This document shows, piece by piece, positions 30,158 to 39,420 of a stretch of 64,000 nucleotides of DNA. The notes beneath the pieces were generated by a model. It worked only from the letters and a program-made list of their open reading frames with translations. It searched no databases and had not been told where the DNA came from. The stretch comes from Candidatus Aminicenantes bacterium (GTDB taxonomy: Bacteria; Acidobacteriota; Aminicenantia; Aminicenantales; JAFGBC01). Each line of letters starts with the position of its first letter. Position 1 is the stretch's first letter. The stretch lies in assembly GCA_963702005.1 (NCBI GenBank), contig OY969696.1, positions 1,184,001-1,248,000 of the forward strand, in the 5' to 3' direction. Both the position numbers and the translations under genes were made by a program.

Positions 30158-32078
30158 ATTTTTCAAGGACGGCCAGCGTTTCAAGATGGGGCGTATGGGG
30201 GAAGAAATCGATCGGCTTCAGCCTGATCGGACGATATCCTTTGTTTCCCAGTAATCCCAAGTCGCGGGCCAGCGCGGCCGGGTTACAGGAGAGGTAGACA
30301 ATATGGGGGATGTCCAGCGATAAAATCAGCTTAAGCCCCGGGGGACTTATCCCGGCGCGCGGCGGGTCGAGGACGAGAAGGTCGAACCGGCCGTGCGACC
30401 CCCCCTTCAAGACGTCCTCGACGCGGCCTTCGATGAATCTCACATTATCGGCGCCGTTGGCCAAGGCGTTCTCGCGAGCGATCGTGATATTGGCGGCTTC
30501 GGAATCGATCCCCACGACTTCGTCCACGGTCCGCGAGAGGAGGATCTCGATCGAGCCCGGACCGCAATAGAGCCCCAGGGCGCGCCGGCTTCCGAGCCGC
30601 TTCGCCTCTGCGACGATCATTCCATAAGCGAGCGCCGCCGCTCCCGGGTTGGGTTGGATGAACGATTCGGGGGAGATCCGTAGGGTTACTTCAGCGAGAC
30701 GGTCCTCGATCGTCGGGGTCCCGGCGATGGGTTTGATTTGAGACAAGTCCACAATGTCGGTGAGCCGGTCGGTCTCGGCCCACCACAGGCTGCGGACCTC
30801 GGGGACTTGGATTTTGAGCGCGGCGGCCAGGCCCGTGACATCCGGCGCTCCGCCGCTCCTCGTCACCAGGATGGCCATCACCTCGCCCGTCGCTTTGCTC
30901 TCGCGGAGGACGAGGTTGCGGAGATAGCCCGTCCCGGACATCGGGTCATAAGCGGAAGGTCCGGCCCTACGCGCCCAATCGAGCACGACCGGAAAGATCC
31001 TCTCGGCCGCGGGGCTGAAGATGAGGCAGCCGCGGAGCGGGACGGTCCTCCGCTCGTAGCGTCGGAACGGCGACGCCCGTTCGCGGAGGCCGAGGCCGAG
31101 CGCGCCATCGGCAGCGCCGAAGGCGAACTCCATTTTATTCCGGTAGCCGAAAAGCGCCGGCGACGGCGCGATCGGTTCGAACACGGCGTTCTCGACCTCG
31201 ATCCGGCCGATCTTGCGCAGGGTCGCGCCGAGGTAACGCTCCTTGAGCTCGAGCTGCTTGGGGTAAATCAGATTCTGAAAAGCGCATCCGCCGCAGACGT
31301 CGAAGTGGGGGCAGGGCGGCTCGGTCCTGAATGGGGACGGCTCCTCGACCCGGATGATGCGTCCGAATCGGAGCTTCTTTTGGGCCCGACCGATTCGGAC
31401 CCGGACCCGGTCGCCCGGCACGGCCCGGGGCACGAAAACCACGATGCCGCTCTCCAGCGTCCCGACTCCCCAGTCGTTGGGGAACGCGATGTCGGTGATG
31501 GCGGCCGTCGCCTCGGGATGGACGAATTCGTCGAACAGGGCGCGAACCTTGGCCACCGGAAGCCCCACGACGTTATCGTAGTCGCCCTCGAGGATCTCGA
31601 CGAAGGCGTCCCCGATTTCCTGGACGGCGTAGCTCCCGGCTTTGTCGGCATGGCCGCCCGTGTCGAGATAGGCCTCGATCTCGGCGTCGGAGAGCGTTTT
31701 AAAGCGGACGCGCGTCGTCTCATGGCCGGCCAGGAGCCTGTCCTCGTTTTTTTTATAGAGCGCAACACCCGTGATGACGCGGTGGGCCTGGCCCGACAGA
31801 CGCAGGAGCATGGCCCGGGCGTCCTCGCGATCCTTGGGCTTGCCGAAGATCTCGCCGTCCAGGCAGACGACCGTGTCCGCGGCGATAATCAGGGAAGCCG
31901 GGAAGCGCTCGCCGACATCGCGGGCCTTGGCGACGGCGGCCTCGGTCGCGAATCGAACCGGATCCCTTTCGGTCAGCGTGGATTCGTCGAATCCGCTGGG
32001 AACGACCCGGAACGATCGCAAGATCTTCTTAAGAAGCTCCCGGCGGCGCGGGGATTGGGAGGCAAGGATGATCTGCAT
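30156..32078 (-). CDS. Fusion of Maf/YhdE nucleotide pyrophosphatase and 23S rRNA m5U methyltransferase (RlmD/TrmA family)
   Basis: N-terminal 'ILASQSPRRRELL', 'ADTVV', 'GKP', 'DKAGSY', 'NVVGLP'; C-terminal TRAM-like, 'CPHFDVCGGC', 'YRNK', 'FIQPN', 'DPPRAG', 'YLSCNP', 'DFFPHTPHLE'. Confidence 0.92.
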   Translation of the reverse strand: MQIILASQSPRRRELLKKILRSFRVVPSGFDESTLTERDPVRFATEAAVAKARDVGERFPASLIIAADTVVCLDGEIFGKPKDREDARAMLLRLSGQAHRVITGVALYKKNEDRLLAGHETTRVRFKTLSDAEIEAYLDTGGHADKAGSYAVQEIGDAFVEILEGDYDNVVGLPVAKVRALFDEFVHPEATAAITDIAFPNDWGVGTLESGIVVFVPRAVPGDRVRVRIGRAQKKLRFGRIIRVEEPSPFRTEPPCPHFDVCGGCAFQNLIYPKQLELKERYLGATLRKIGRIEVENAVFEPIAPSPALFGYRNKMEFAFGAADGALGLGLRERASPFRRYERRTVPLRGCLIFSPAAERIFPVVLDWARRAGPSAYDPMSGTGYLRNLVLRESKATGEVMAILVTRSGGAPDVTGLAAALKIQVPEVRSLWWAETDRLTDIVDLSQIKPIAGTPTIEDRLAEVTLRISPESFIQPNPGAAALAYGMIVAEAKRLGSRRALGLYCGPGSIEILLSRTVDEVVGIDSEAANITIARENALANGADNVRFIEGRVEDVLKGGSHGRFDLLVLDPPRAGISPPGLKLILSLDIPHIVYLSCNPAALARDLGLLGNKGYRPIRLKPIDFFPHTPHLETLAVLEK

Positions 32079-32215
32079 CGGCGTTTCCGGACAGACACTA
32101 TAGAAGGAGGGCCGCGGCCTGTCAAATCAGGCTCGACTTGCTCTTCTTTCTTGGGATCGTATATCATGAGGGACAAAAGGATCAACCGAGACGGAATGAC
32201 CCGGGGAGCGAGGAC

Positions 32216-33784
32216 ATGTTCCTGAAGAGCCTGCTTGGGATTCTGAGCCTGGGCTGTCTTCTGTCCGCGGACTCTCCGGCCTCTCATCGTCCGGGGACGT
32301 ACCCGGCGCCGGGCTTCGAGCCTATCGTCATGGCTCATTATGCCTCTTGGTATATGGGTCAGGAGTCAGGCTGGTTTAACTGGGTGGGAGAGAAGAAAAT
32401 ACGGCCGGCTTATACTCCGCTCCTGGGGTTCTACGACGTCAGGCAGCCGGCCACTCTTTCCCAACATATCGCGTGGGCCGAGGCCTATGGAATCGACGCC
32501 TTTATGATCACCTGGGATGGAAACCCCACCGAAACCTTCCCCTTGAGCAACGAGCAGACGGTAAAGCTTTTTCTCGAAAACCCCGATTTCAAGAAGATCG
32601 AGTTTTTCTTCGTCTACGGGGTCAACACCTCGTTGAGAAAGAAGGGCGAGGTGATCGACAGTCCCGTCGACATCAACGATGACGCCAGGGTCCGCAAGTT
32701 CATCGCCGACATGGAATTCGCGGCCTCGAAATATTTCCATCAGCCGAATCATCTGAAAATACAAGGAAAACCCGTGCTCTATGTCTGGGCCACCGGACTG
32801 CTCCGGGGCGATATCAAGAAAGCCCTGACTCGGGTCCGGTCGGCCGTGAAAGCCCGGTGCGGGATCGATCTTTATATCATCGCCGATGAAGTCGGGTGGG
32901 GAGCGACGCCCTTCTTTGACAGGACGACCGCCTGGGACGCGGTCATGCCGTACATCATGCTCAAACCCCAGAACCCCCTCCGCAACACCAAGCTCGAGGA
33001 CTCGATCCCCGAAATCATTTCCCAGTACCAAAACTGGATCAACGTCTGCGCCGATCTCGGGATCGGGTTCGTTCCGGAAGTCCTCGCCGGAGAAAACGCT
33101 CGCGGCGCCCCTTGGCTTTATGATAAAGACGGAAAACTGACGGTGCCGGTGATCATCCGGAGCCCCGCCGCCTTCAAAAAACTCGTCCTTGAAGCGAAGC
33201 CCCTGATCGACCCCGCTCTTCGGCTGTTCTTCATCACCTCCTGGAACGAATGGAACGAAGGGACGAATATCGAACCGTCGAAGGAATTCCAGTTCGATTA
33301 TCTGGACGTCGTCAAAAAGACCTTGAAAACATTCACCCCCGCCGACCCCCCCCGGGATATCTTAAAGTTCGCCTTCAAACGGGTCTGGAACCCGGGTGAA
33401 GGGGATCGGGTGCTGGCGGCCGCGTTTGATTGGATCAAGTTCCTGGATGCGAACGGAAAAACGTTGCTCACGCTGGATATCGGGACGCTGGGAGCTCGGC
33501 CCTGCCTGGGTATGGGCTGGTCCTATGATGAGAAGGGGATGGGGGATGCGAAAACCTACGCCTGGGCCGTCGATCGTCAGAAGTACGCGACGATTCACCT
33601 CAACCTCCCGCCCGGGACCAAGACCATCCGGTTCAGGGCCTTCCAAGTCGATCCGCCCCAGTCCATCACCGTGCTCCTCGATTCCAAGCGGATCGGCTCG
33701 TTTCCCGTCCAATCGCCCTTTCAATGGGTCGTCTACGATGTCGAGGTCCCGTCCTTTCCGACGACGCTCACGCTCGACCGATAA
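32216..33784 (+). CDS. Secreted GH99-like glycoside hydrolase with a C-terminal beta-sandwich
   Basis: Start MFLKSLL after GAGG; 'MAHYASWY', 'YGIDAF', 'ITSWNEWNEGTNIEP' (GH99/GH71-type catalytic segment). Confidence 0.75.
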   Translation: MFLKSLLGILSLGCLLSADSPASHRPGTYPAPGFEPIVMAHYASWYMGQESGWFNWVGEKKIRPAYTPLLGFYDVRQPATLSQHIAWAEAYGIDAFMITWDGNPTETFPLSNEQTVKLFLENPDFKKIEFFFVYGVNTSLRKKGEVIDSPVDINDDARVRKFIADMEFAASKYFHQPNHLKIQGKPVLYVWATGLLRGDIKKALTRVRSAVKARCGIDLYIIADEVGWGATPFFDRTTAWDAVMPYIMLKPQNPLRNTKLEDSIPEIISQYQNWINVCADLGIGFVPEVLAGENARGAPWLYDKDGKLTVPVIIRSPAAFKKLVLEAKPLIDPALRLFFITSWNEWNEGTNIEPSKEFQFDYLDVVKKTLKTFTPADPPRDILKFAFKRVWNPGEGDRVLAAAFDWIKFLDANGKTLLTLDIGTLGARPCLGMGWSYDEKGMGDAKTYAWAVDRQKYATIHLNLPPGTKTIRFRAFQVDPPQSITVLLDSKRIGSFPVQSPFQWVVYDVEVPSFPTTLTLDR

Positions 33785-33963
33785 GATCGGGGCGTTCCGC
33801 GATCCGGCTCATCCTTAGTAACCTCTATCGCCGAATCCCTAAGACCGTCTGGCATGATTTCAAGGACGGCGGCGACAATCCCGAGGAAGGCTCCATCCCT
33901 ATCAAGCTCGGAATCTGAATCCCGACCGCCGGCGGCGCGGCTTCGGTCTTTAATCGGGGGTCG

Positions 33964-34491
33964 TTATCCGTTCTTGAGGTACTTGCCGGGGATGGGATGA
34001 TCGGGGGTCTCATCCTGCCAGATAATGCTGACGATCCACCAGCGCCGGCCGTCATTGATGAGCTGAAGGCCATTGATCCCCCGGACGAACGCCTCGGGAC
34101 TCGTCGCGTCCAGGCCTTTGCGGTAGACGCTGAAAACCTGGGCGATCGATCCGAAGGCTTCCGTCCGCCGGGCGATTTCTTCCTCGACGAAGGTTTTAAC
34201 GATGCCCTTCTCAGAGCGATCCTTGAAAAAGGAAACGAATCCCTCCAGGTCCATCCGGTTGGGGCCGTCCTTGGTCATCCGGACCAGCCTGGCTTCGGGC
34301 AGGAACAGGAGGCGAAACGAATCCAGCCGGGGCGGCTTCCCTGGGCTGTAGCCGAGCGAGCCGTAGAAGGCCGCTAGAGCCCCGTCGATGGAGCCGTAAT
34401 CGGGCTCTTGCGTCTGGGCCTGAAGCCCGGCCGAGGCCGTCACAAGAAAGAGCGCTATCGCGCTTGTCGTCAAGATCCGTCGAATCATCAT
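33964..34491 (-). CDS. Secreted NTF2-like protein
   Basis: GGAGG RBS and signal peptide; 'FVEEEIARRTEAFGSIAQVFSVY', 'RGINGLQL...RWWIVSIIW'. Confidence 0.8.
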   Translation of the reverse strand: MMIRRILTTSAIALFLVTASAGLQAQTQEPDYGSIDGALAAFYGSLGYSPGKPPRLDSFRLLFLPEARLVRMTKDGPNRMDLEGFVSFFKDRSEKGIVKTFVEEEIARRTEAFGSIAQVFSVYRKGLDATSPEAFVRGINGLQLINDGRRWWIVSIIWQDETPDHPIPGKYLKNG

Positions 34492-34549
34492 GCTGGACCT
34501 CCGCTGGGATCCATTGTACCTTAAAAGGCCCGGCCGATCCTTCACCGGG

Positions 34550-34749
34550 TTGACCCGTTCGCCGACGCTACCCCGCCTTGAGAGGCGGGGATGAGAAGCG
34601 CCACTTTTGCACTCAGCCCTTTTAGAGGGGATGGGGCTGAGTGGGCTCAGGGTTAATCCTGAACAAGCCCCGCCCTTCATGCCGGGGAGCAGCCTTGCAG
34701 CACTCATACTAAGCCGTTTTCGGCTTAGTATGAGTGTCGAAGGGTTGAC
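34550..34749 (+). repeat. Family B element copy 2 with two nested CACTCA...TGAGTG hairpins
   Basis: Same scaffold as the 10250 and 50562 copies, plus insertions at about 34601-34643 and 34690-34736 (perfect 16-bp stem CACTCATACTAAGCCG-TTTT-CGGCTTAGTATGAGTG). Confidence 0.85.
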
Positions 34750-34792
34750 TCGCTCGCCGCAGATGATTAATGTATAGGCAAAGAGGGTTCCG

Positions 34793-37024
34793 TTGAGCGT
34801 CGCTTGCCCGAATTGCCGCGCCGAGAACGATCCCGGCTCCAGGTTCTGCCGGATGTGCGCGGCCTCGCTCGAGCCGGGAGGGGGCGTTCCCGCGGCCACC
34901 CAGTCCATTCACCCCCCGGCCCATGATCCCGCCCGGGGAACGCTGTTCGCCGGAAAATACGTCGTCGTCAAAGAGCTGGGGCGAGGCGGGATGGGGATCG
35001 TCTACGAGGCCGAGCAGCAGAATCCCAAGCGGGCGGTCGCCCTCAAGGTCATCCGGGGCGGGACCCTCGTCACCGAGACGACGGTCAAGATGTTCCAACG
35101 CGAGGCCCAGACGCTGGCCCGGCTCAAGCATCCCAACATCGCGGCCATCTATGAATCCGGCCGGACCAAGGACGGCCGCCATTATTTCGCGATGGAGCTC
35201 GTCCGCGGCGAGATCCTGACCGGATACCTGACTCGCCGGGGCGAATCCGGTAAGCTCTCGCCCGACGAGGTCCGCTTCCGGCTCCGGCTCTTCCGCAAGA
35301 TCTGCGACGCCGTGAACTACGCCCATCAGCGCAGTATCATCCACCGCGACCTCAAACCCTCCAACATCATCGTTCTTTCCTTGCCGGGCCCGGCCGGCGC
35401 CGGCCCCGGAGACGTTCCCGAGATCAAGGTCCTCGATTTCGGACTGGCCCGGATGACGGACACCGACCTGGCCGCGAGCGCCATGGTGACTGAGGCGGGC
35501 CAGGTGTTCGGAACGTTCCCCTACATGAGCCCCGAGCAGGTCCGCGGGAACCCGGACGAGATTGACGTCCGCTCCGACGTCTATTCGCTCGGCGTTGTCC
35601 TCTATGAAATGCTGACCGGCGTCCTGCCCTACGACCTGACCCGGGCGTCGCTGCCGACCATGGCCCGGACGATCGTCGAGGAGCCGCCCCGGTCGCTCGC
35701 CAAGAGCTGGCGGGGCGCCCGGAAACCGGACGACGACATCCAGACCATCGTCGCCAAGGCCCTCGAAAAGGAGCCGGCGCGCCGCTACCAGAGCGCGGGC
35801 GCCCTATCCGAGGACGTGGAACGCTATCTCCAAAAGCAGCCGATCTTGGCCCGACCGCCGAGCGGACTCTACCAGCTTCAGAAGCTCGTCTCGCGTCACA
35901 AGATCGGATTCGGGTTTGCGATTGCCTTCCTTGTCCTCCTGGCGGGTTTCGCCCTGACCATGACGGTCCTCGAGGCCAGGATCGCGAGGGAGCGGACCCG
36001 GGCTGAGAAGGAAGCCGCCAAAGCCAAAGCAATCAACGAATTTCTCCTGGAGACGATGGGCTCGGCCAACCCGGTTGAAGGCGCCGGCCGCGACACGACC
36101 GTCCTGGAGGCGCTCAAGACTGCGGCCGAGAAGATCGCGCCGGCCTTCCCCGGACAGCCCAAGGTCGAGGCCGACCTGAGGCACAGCATTGGCATGACTT
36201 ACCTGAGGCTGGGACGCTACCGAGAGGCGGAGGATCTCCTCCAATCCGCCTGCCGGATCCTGGAAGAGAAGTTCGGTCCCGAATTCCCGGACCTCGCCTC
36301 CCCGCTGACGACGCTCGGCGTCCTGAAGCACGAACGGGGCGAATATGCGGAGGCCGAGTCCCTGTACCGGAGGGCGCTGGCCATCGCGCGCCGAACCCGC
36401 AAAGACGAGGACCCGAACGTCCTGAGTATTCTCAACAACCTGGCCCTTGTCCTCCAGGACCAAGGCAAGCTTGACGAGGCGGAGCCTCTCGTCCGGCGGA
36501 TCCTGGAGATAGACCGTAAGCTCCTGGGCTCCGAGGACGTCAATGTCGGCGTGGACCTCAACAACCTGGGAAACCTTCTCCTCAAAAAAGGAGACTTCAA
36601 GGAAGCCGAACCGTTTCTGCGCGAGGGCGCGGGCGTTCTCGATAAAAAAGGACATCCCTGGCGGTCCTTCGCCCAAGGCAATCTGGCCGATCTCCTCAGC
36701 CGGAAGGGCGAGAACGAGGCGGCCGAAGCGATATTCGCCAAGGCCCTTCCGGCCGCCCTCAAGGACTTCGGCGAAGACAACCAGGACCTCGCGAAGTTCC
36801 GGACGAAATACGGCGCCTGCTTGATCAACCTCGGCCGGCACGGCGAGGCGGAAAAGCAATTGCTGGCCGCGCTCCCCGTCTTCGAGACGAGCCTGGGCGG
36901 CAAGGACGAATGGACCCAGCGGACGATCCGGGAACTCGTCCGCCTCTATAAGGCCTGGGGCAAGGATGGGGAAGCGCTTAAGTATAAGAACCTCTTGGAG
37001 CCGGCCTCAGGGCCGCCGAAATAA
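34793..37024 (+). CDS. Ser/Thr protein kinase with zinc ribbon, TM and kinesin-light-chain-type TPRs
   Basis: CPNC..FCRMC; GRGGMG, HRDLKPSN, DFG, 'GTFPYMSPEQ'; 'LNNLA..L.DQGK.DEAE' repeats. Confidence 0.93.
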   Translation: MSVACPNCRAENDPGSRFCRMCAASLEPGGGVPAATQSIHPPAHDPARGTLFAGKYVVVKELGRGGMGIVYEAEQQNPKRAVALKVIRGGTLVTETTVKMFQREAQTLARLKHPNIAAIYESGRTKDGRHYFAMELVRGEILTGYLTRRGESGKLSPDEVRFRLRLFRKICDAVNYAHQRSIIHRDLKPSNIIVLSLPGPAGAGPGDVPEIKVLDFGLARMTDTDLAASAMVTEAGQVFGTFPYMSPEQVRGNPDEIDVRSDVYSLGVVLYEMLTGVLPYDLTRASLPTMARTIVEEPPRSLAKSWRGARKPDDDIQTIVAKALEKEPARRYQSAGALSEDVERYLQKQPILARPPSGLYQLQKLVSRHKIGFGFAIAFLVLLAGFALTMTVLEARIARERTRAEKEAAKAKAINEFLLETMGSANPVEGAGRDTTVLEALKTAAEKIAPAFPGQPKVEADLRHSIGMTYLRLGRYREAEDLLQSACRILEEKFGPEFPDLASPLTTLGVLKHERGEYAEAESLYRRALAIARRTRKDEDPNVLSILNNLALVLQDQGKLDEAEPLVRRILEIDRKLLGSEDVNVGVDLNNLGNLLLKKGDFKEAEPFLREGAGVLDKKGHPWRSFAQGNLADLLSRKGENEAAEAIFAKALPAALKDFGEDNQDLAKFRTKYGACLINLGRHGEAEKQLLAALPVFETSLGGKDEWTQRTIRELVRLYKAWGKDGEALKYKNLLEPASGPPK

Positions 37025-37051
37025 ATCAACTTCAATCAGCCGGGAGCATCG

Positions 37052-39016
37052 GTGGTACGAGGTCAAACGGTTTCAAAATCGAGAGCGGGGCGGCTCCTGA
37101 TCATCGTCCTGGGCGTGATAGTCCTCGGCCCGGTTGCCGAGCGAATGATCGGCGCAGCTTCCCTCTGGACGCCGTCCGGTCCATACGGCGGCGACGTCCG
37201 GGGCCTGGCCGCCGGCCGCGACGGACGGGAGTTTTTTGCGATCACGGCAGGAATTCCCGGGCAGGTCTACCGGTCCTCAAGCCCCGCGGCCCCTTGGCGC
37301 CGCGCGGCCTACCTTCCCGAGGCGCTCTATGACATCGGCTGCGATCCGCTTCATCCGGCCGTCGTCTTCGTCCTCGGAACGACGGCCCTGTTCCGGTCCC
37401 GGGATCTGGGTTCGACCTGGATGCGATGCCCCCTGCCGGCCGGATGTTCGGCCGAGCAGGGCCGGCTCGCCGTCCATCCCGATAATCCCAAGGTTCTCTG
37501 GGCGGCCGGGCGGATGAAGAGAAACGACGGTAAGGAGTCCTTTATCGTCCTGAGATCGGCGGACACGGGCGGGACCTGGACGGCCGCGATTCTTCCGGCG
37601 TTCCTTACCGGACAGAAAACCTGCTGCCTGGCCGTCAGCCCGTCCGACCCGAATCTCCTTTTCGCCGGCGGCGATTTGGACGGTGTGGATCGCGAAAGCC
37701 GCCTGTTCCGGAGCGGGGACGGAGGCCGCCACTGGACCGACGTCACCGGACCGATCGCTTCTCCGCCCCTGGCCCTCGCCGTTCATCCTCTCGATTCCTA
37801 CCGGGCCTATATCGCGACGGCCAAAGGCATTTACCTGAGCCGTGACCAAGGGCGTAGCTGGCGTCAGGCCGGGGGGAAAGCCTTCGGGACCGCGCTGGCC
37901 ATGGATCCGGCCCGGCCGCGGACCATCCGCGCGGGCGCCGACAGGCGTGTCTTCACGAGCCTGGACGGCGGAGAGCGCTGGACGGAATGTTCCGCCGGCC
38001 TGTTCGGGACCTGCCGCCGGATCGTCCTTGCGGCGGACCGGATTTTCTTCGCCTCCTCGGCGGGTATCTTCCGCAGCGATGACGGCGGGGCGAGCTGGGA
38101 CGAGCGAAACAGCGGGTTGGCGGCGGCTCAAGTCATTTCGCTCGGGATGTCTCCTTCCCGGCCCCTTATCCTCTACGCCGGGATCAGGGGGAACGGTCTT
38201 TTCAAGACCGCCGACGGCGCCGCCTCTTGGGAACGGCTGCCGGGATTTTATCGCGCGGAGATCGTGATCCGGATTGTCGTCGACCCCGCGGATGCCGCCC
38301 GGCTCTTCGTCCTGACCGGAGGCTGAGGGCCGGACGACATCTACAGGTCTGTGGATGGAGGCCGTAGCTGGGACAAATTGTTTCACGGAAATATGGAGGA
38401 TCTGGTCTTGAATCCGGGCCGGCCCGGCCATCTTCTGGCCGCCGGCCAAATCCAGGAAAAAATAGTATTGGTCCCGGTCGTGTTCCAGTCCAAGGACGGC
38501 GGCGCGACCTGGTCCTGGCATCGGCTTTCGACCGAAGCCGGCGTCGCCAGCGCGGTGGCCTGCGATCCTTCGAACGACCGGATCCTGTTTGCGGGCGGCC
38601 TGGCGGGAGAAAAAACGGTCTTGGTCAGGTCCGGCGACGGCGGGGAGACCTGGACGGACATCACGGGCGGGGTGACCGGCCGAGTCCTTTTCTTGCGCGC
38701 GGACGAGAGGACGGCGGGGCGGATCTGGGCCGGCACGGATTCGGGATTATTCCGCAGCGATAATGCGGGCTCGACCTGGACCCGGCTGTCCTCGTTCGCG
38801 GCGAGATGCGTCCTGGTTGATCCCGCGAACTCGCGGCGCTTGTTCGCGGCGGGAGCGGCCGGCGTTTGGACGAGCCGCGACGGGGGAACGACCTGGCAGC
38901 GGATGAACGGGGGACTCTCGGTCCGGGACGTGAATTGCCTCGGCCGCGAAGTCCGTTCGGACACTCTCTACGCGGGAACGGAGGGCGGCGGCCTCTGCAA
39001 GCGTATTCACAATTAA
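37052..39016 (+). CDS. Secreted BNR/Asp-box (VPS10/YCF48-like) beta-propeller protein, probably one 654-aa selenoprotein with Sec at codon 425
   Basis: ORFs 37052-38326 and 38351-39016 share a frame and are separated only by TGA 38324-38326; readthrough gives ...LFVLTGG-U-GPDDIYRSVDGGRSW, completing an Asp-box; SECIS-like hairpin directly 3'. The BNR call is firm; Sec decoding is inferred. Confidence 0.8.
38327..38363 (+). promoter_or_regulatory. Bacterial SECIS element
   Basis: UGA, 11 nt, then CAUCUACA-GGUC-UGUGGAUG (8-bp stem, 38338-38357); the apex CAGGUCUG matches the E. coli fdhF SECIS; possible lower GGCC/GGCC helix. Confidence 0.75.
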
Positions 39017-39060
39017 GCCCGATTTTTATATAATAAAGGTGACCTTGAAGGGAAGGGGAT

Positions 39061-39402
39061 ATGCAAATCGACTTCTATGCCTTCGGACGGATTGTCATCG
39101 AGGGCCGTGAGTTTACGACGGACGTCATCATCTTCCCCAAGCGGGTCGACTCCGCCTGGCGGCGGAAGGAAGGGCACCGTCTGTCCGTCGAAGATGTGCG
39201 GGGGGTCATCGAGGCCGACGCGGAAACGGTCGTCATCGGCACCGGCGCGGTCGGCGAGATGGCCGTCCCCCCCGATGTCATCGCTCATCTCGAAGCCCGG
39301 CGAATCCGGGTCATCGTCCTCCGAACCAAGGAGGCCGTCGAAACCTACAACCGGATTCTCGGCTCGGGCCGCGTCGTGGCCGCCCTCCATCTGACCTGTT
39401 GA
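39061..39402 (+). CDS. Mth938-like (DUF498) domain protein
   Basis: 'IDFYAFGRIVI.G..F..DVII', 'VVIGTG', 'T.EAV..YN' and C-terminal 'HLTC'. Confidence 0.92.
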   Translation: MQIDFYAFGRIVIEGREFTTDVIIFPKRVDSAWRRKEGHRLSVEDVRGVIEADAETVVIGTGAVGEMAVPPDVIAHLEARRIRVIVLRTKEAVETYNRILGSGRVVAALHLTC

Positions 39403-39420
39403 CGGGGGGCGCCCCGTCTT

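Noticed and set aside
33964-34908. Long N-terminal extensions in the ORF track (also 339-1457, 10318, 23750-26005, 47291-48931)
   Set aside because: The extensions cross repeats or neighbouring genes; downstream starts have an RBS or signal peptide, or match the family N-terminus.
38324-38326. TGA as a simple nonsense mutation or as genetic-code reassignment
   Set aside because: Many other genes here end in TGA, so the code is standard. Both halves look intact and a correctly spaced SECIS-like hairpin follows. A pseudogene is less likely but not excluded.
39400-39420. Sec readthrough at the Mth938 'HLTC-TGA' end
   Set aside because: HLTC is the normal family C-terminus and the frame runs straight into the convergent trmJ-like gene.
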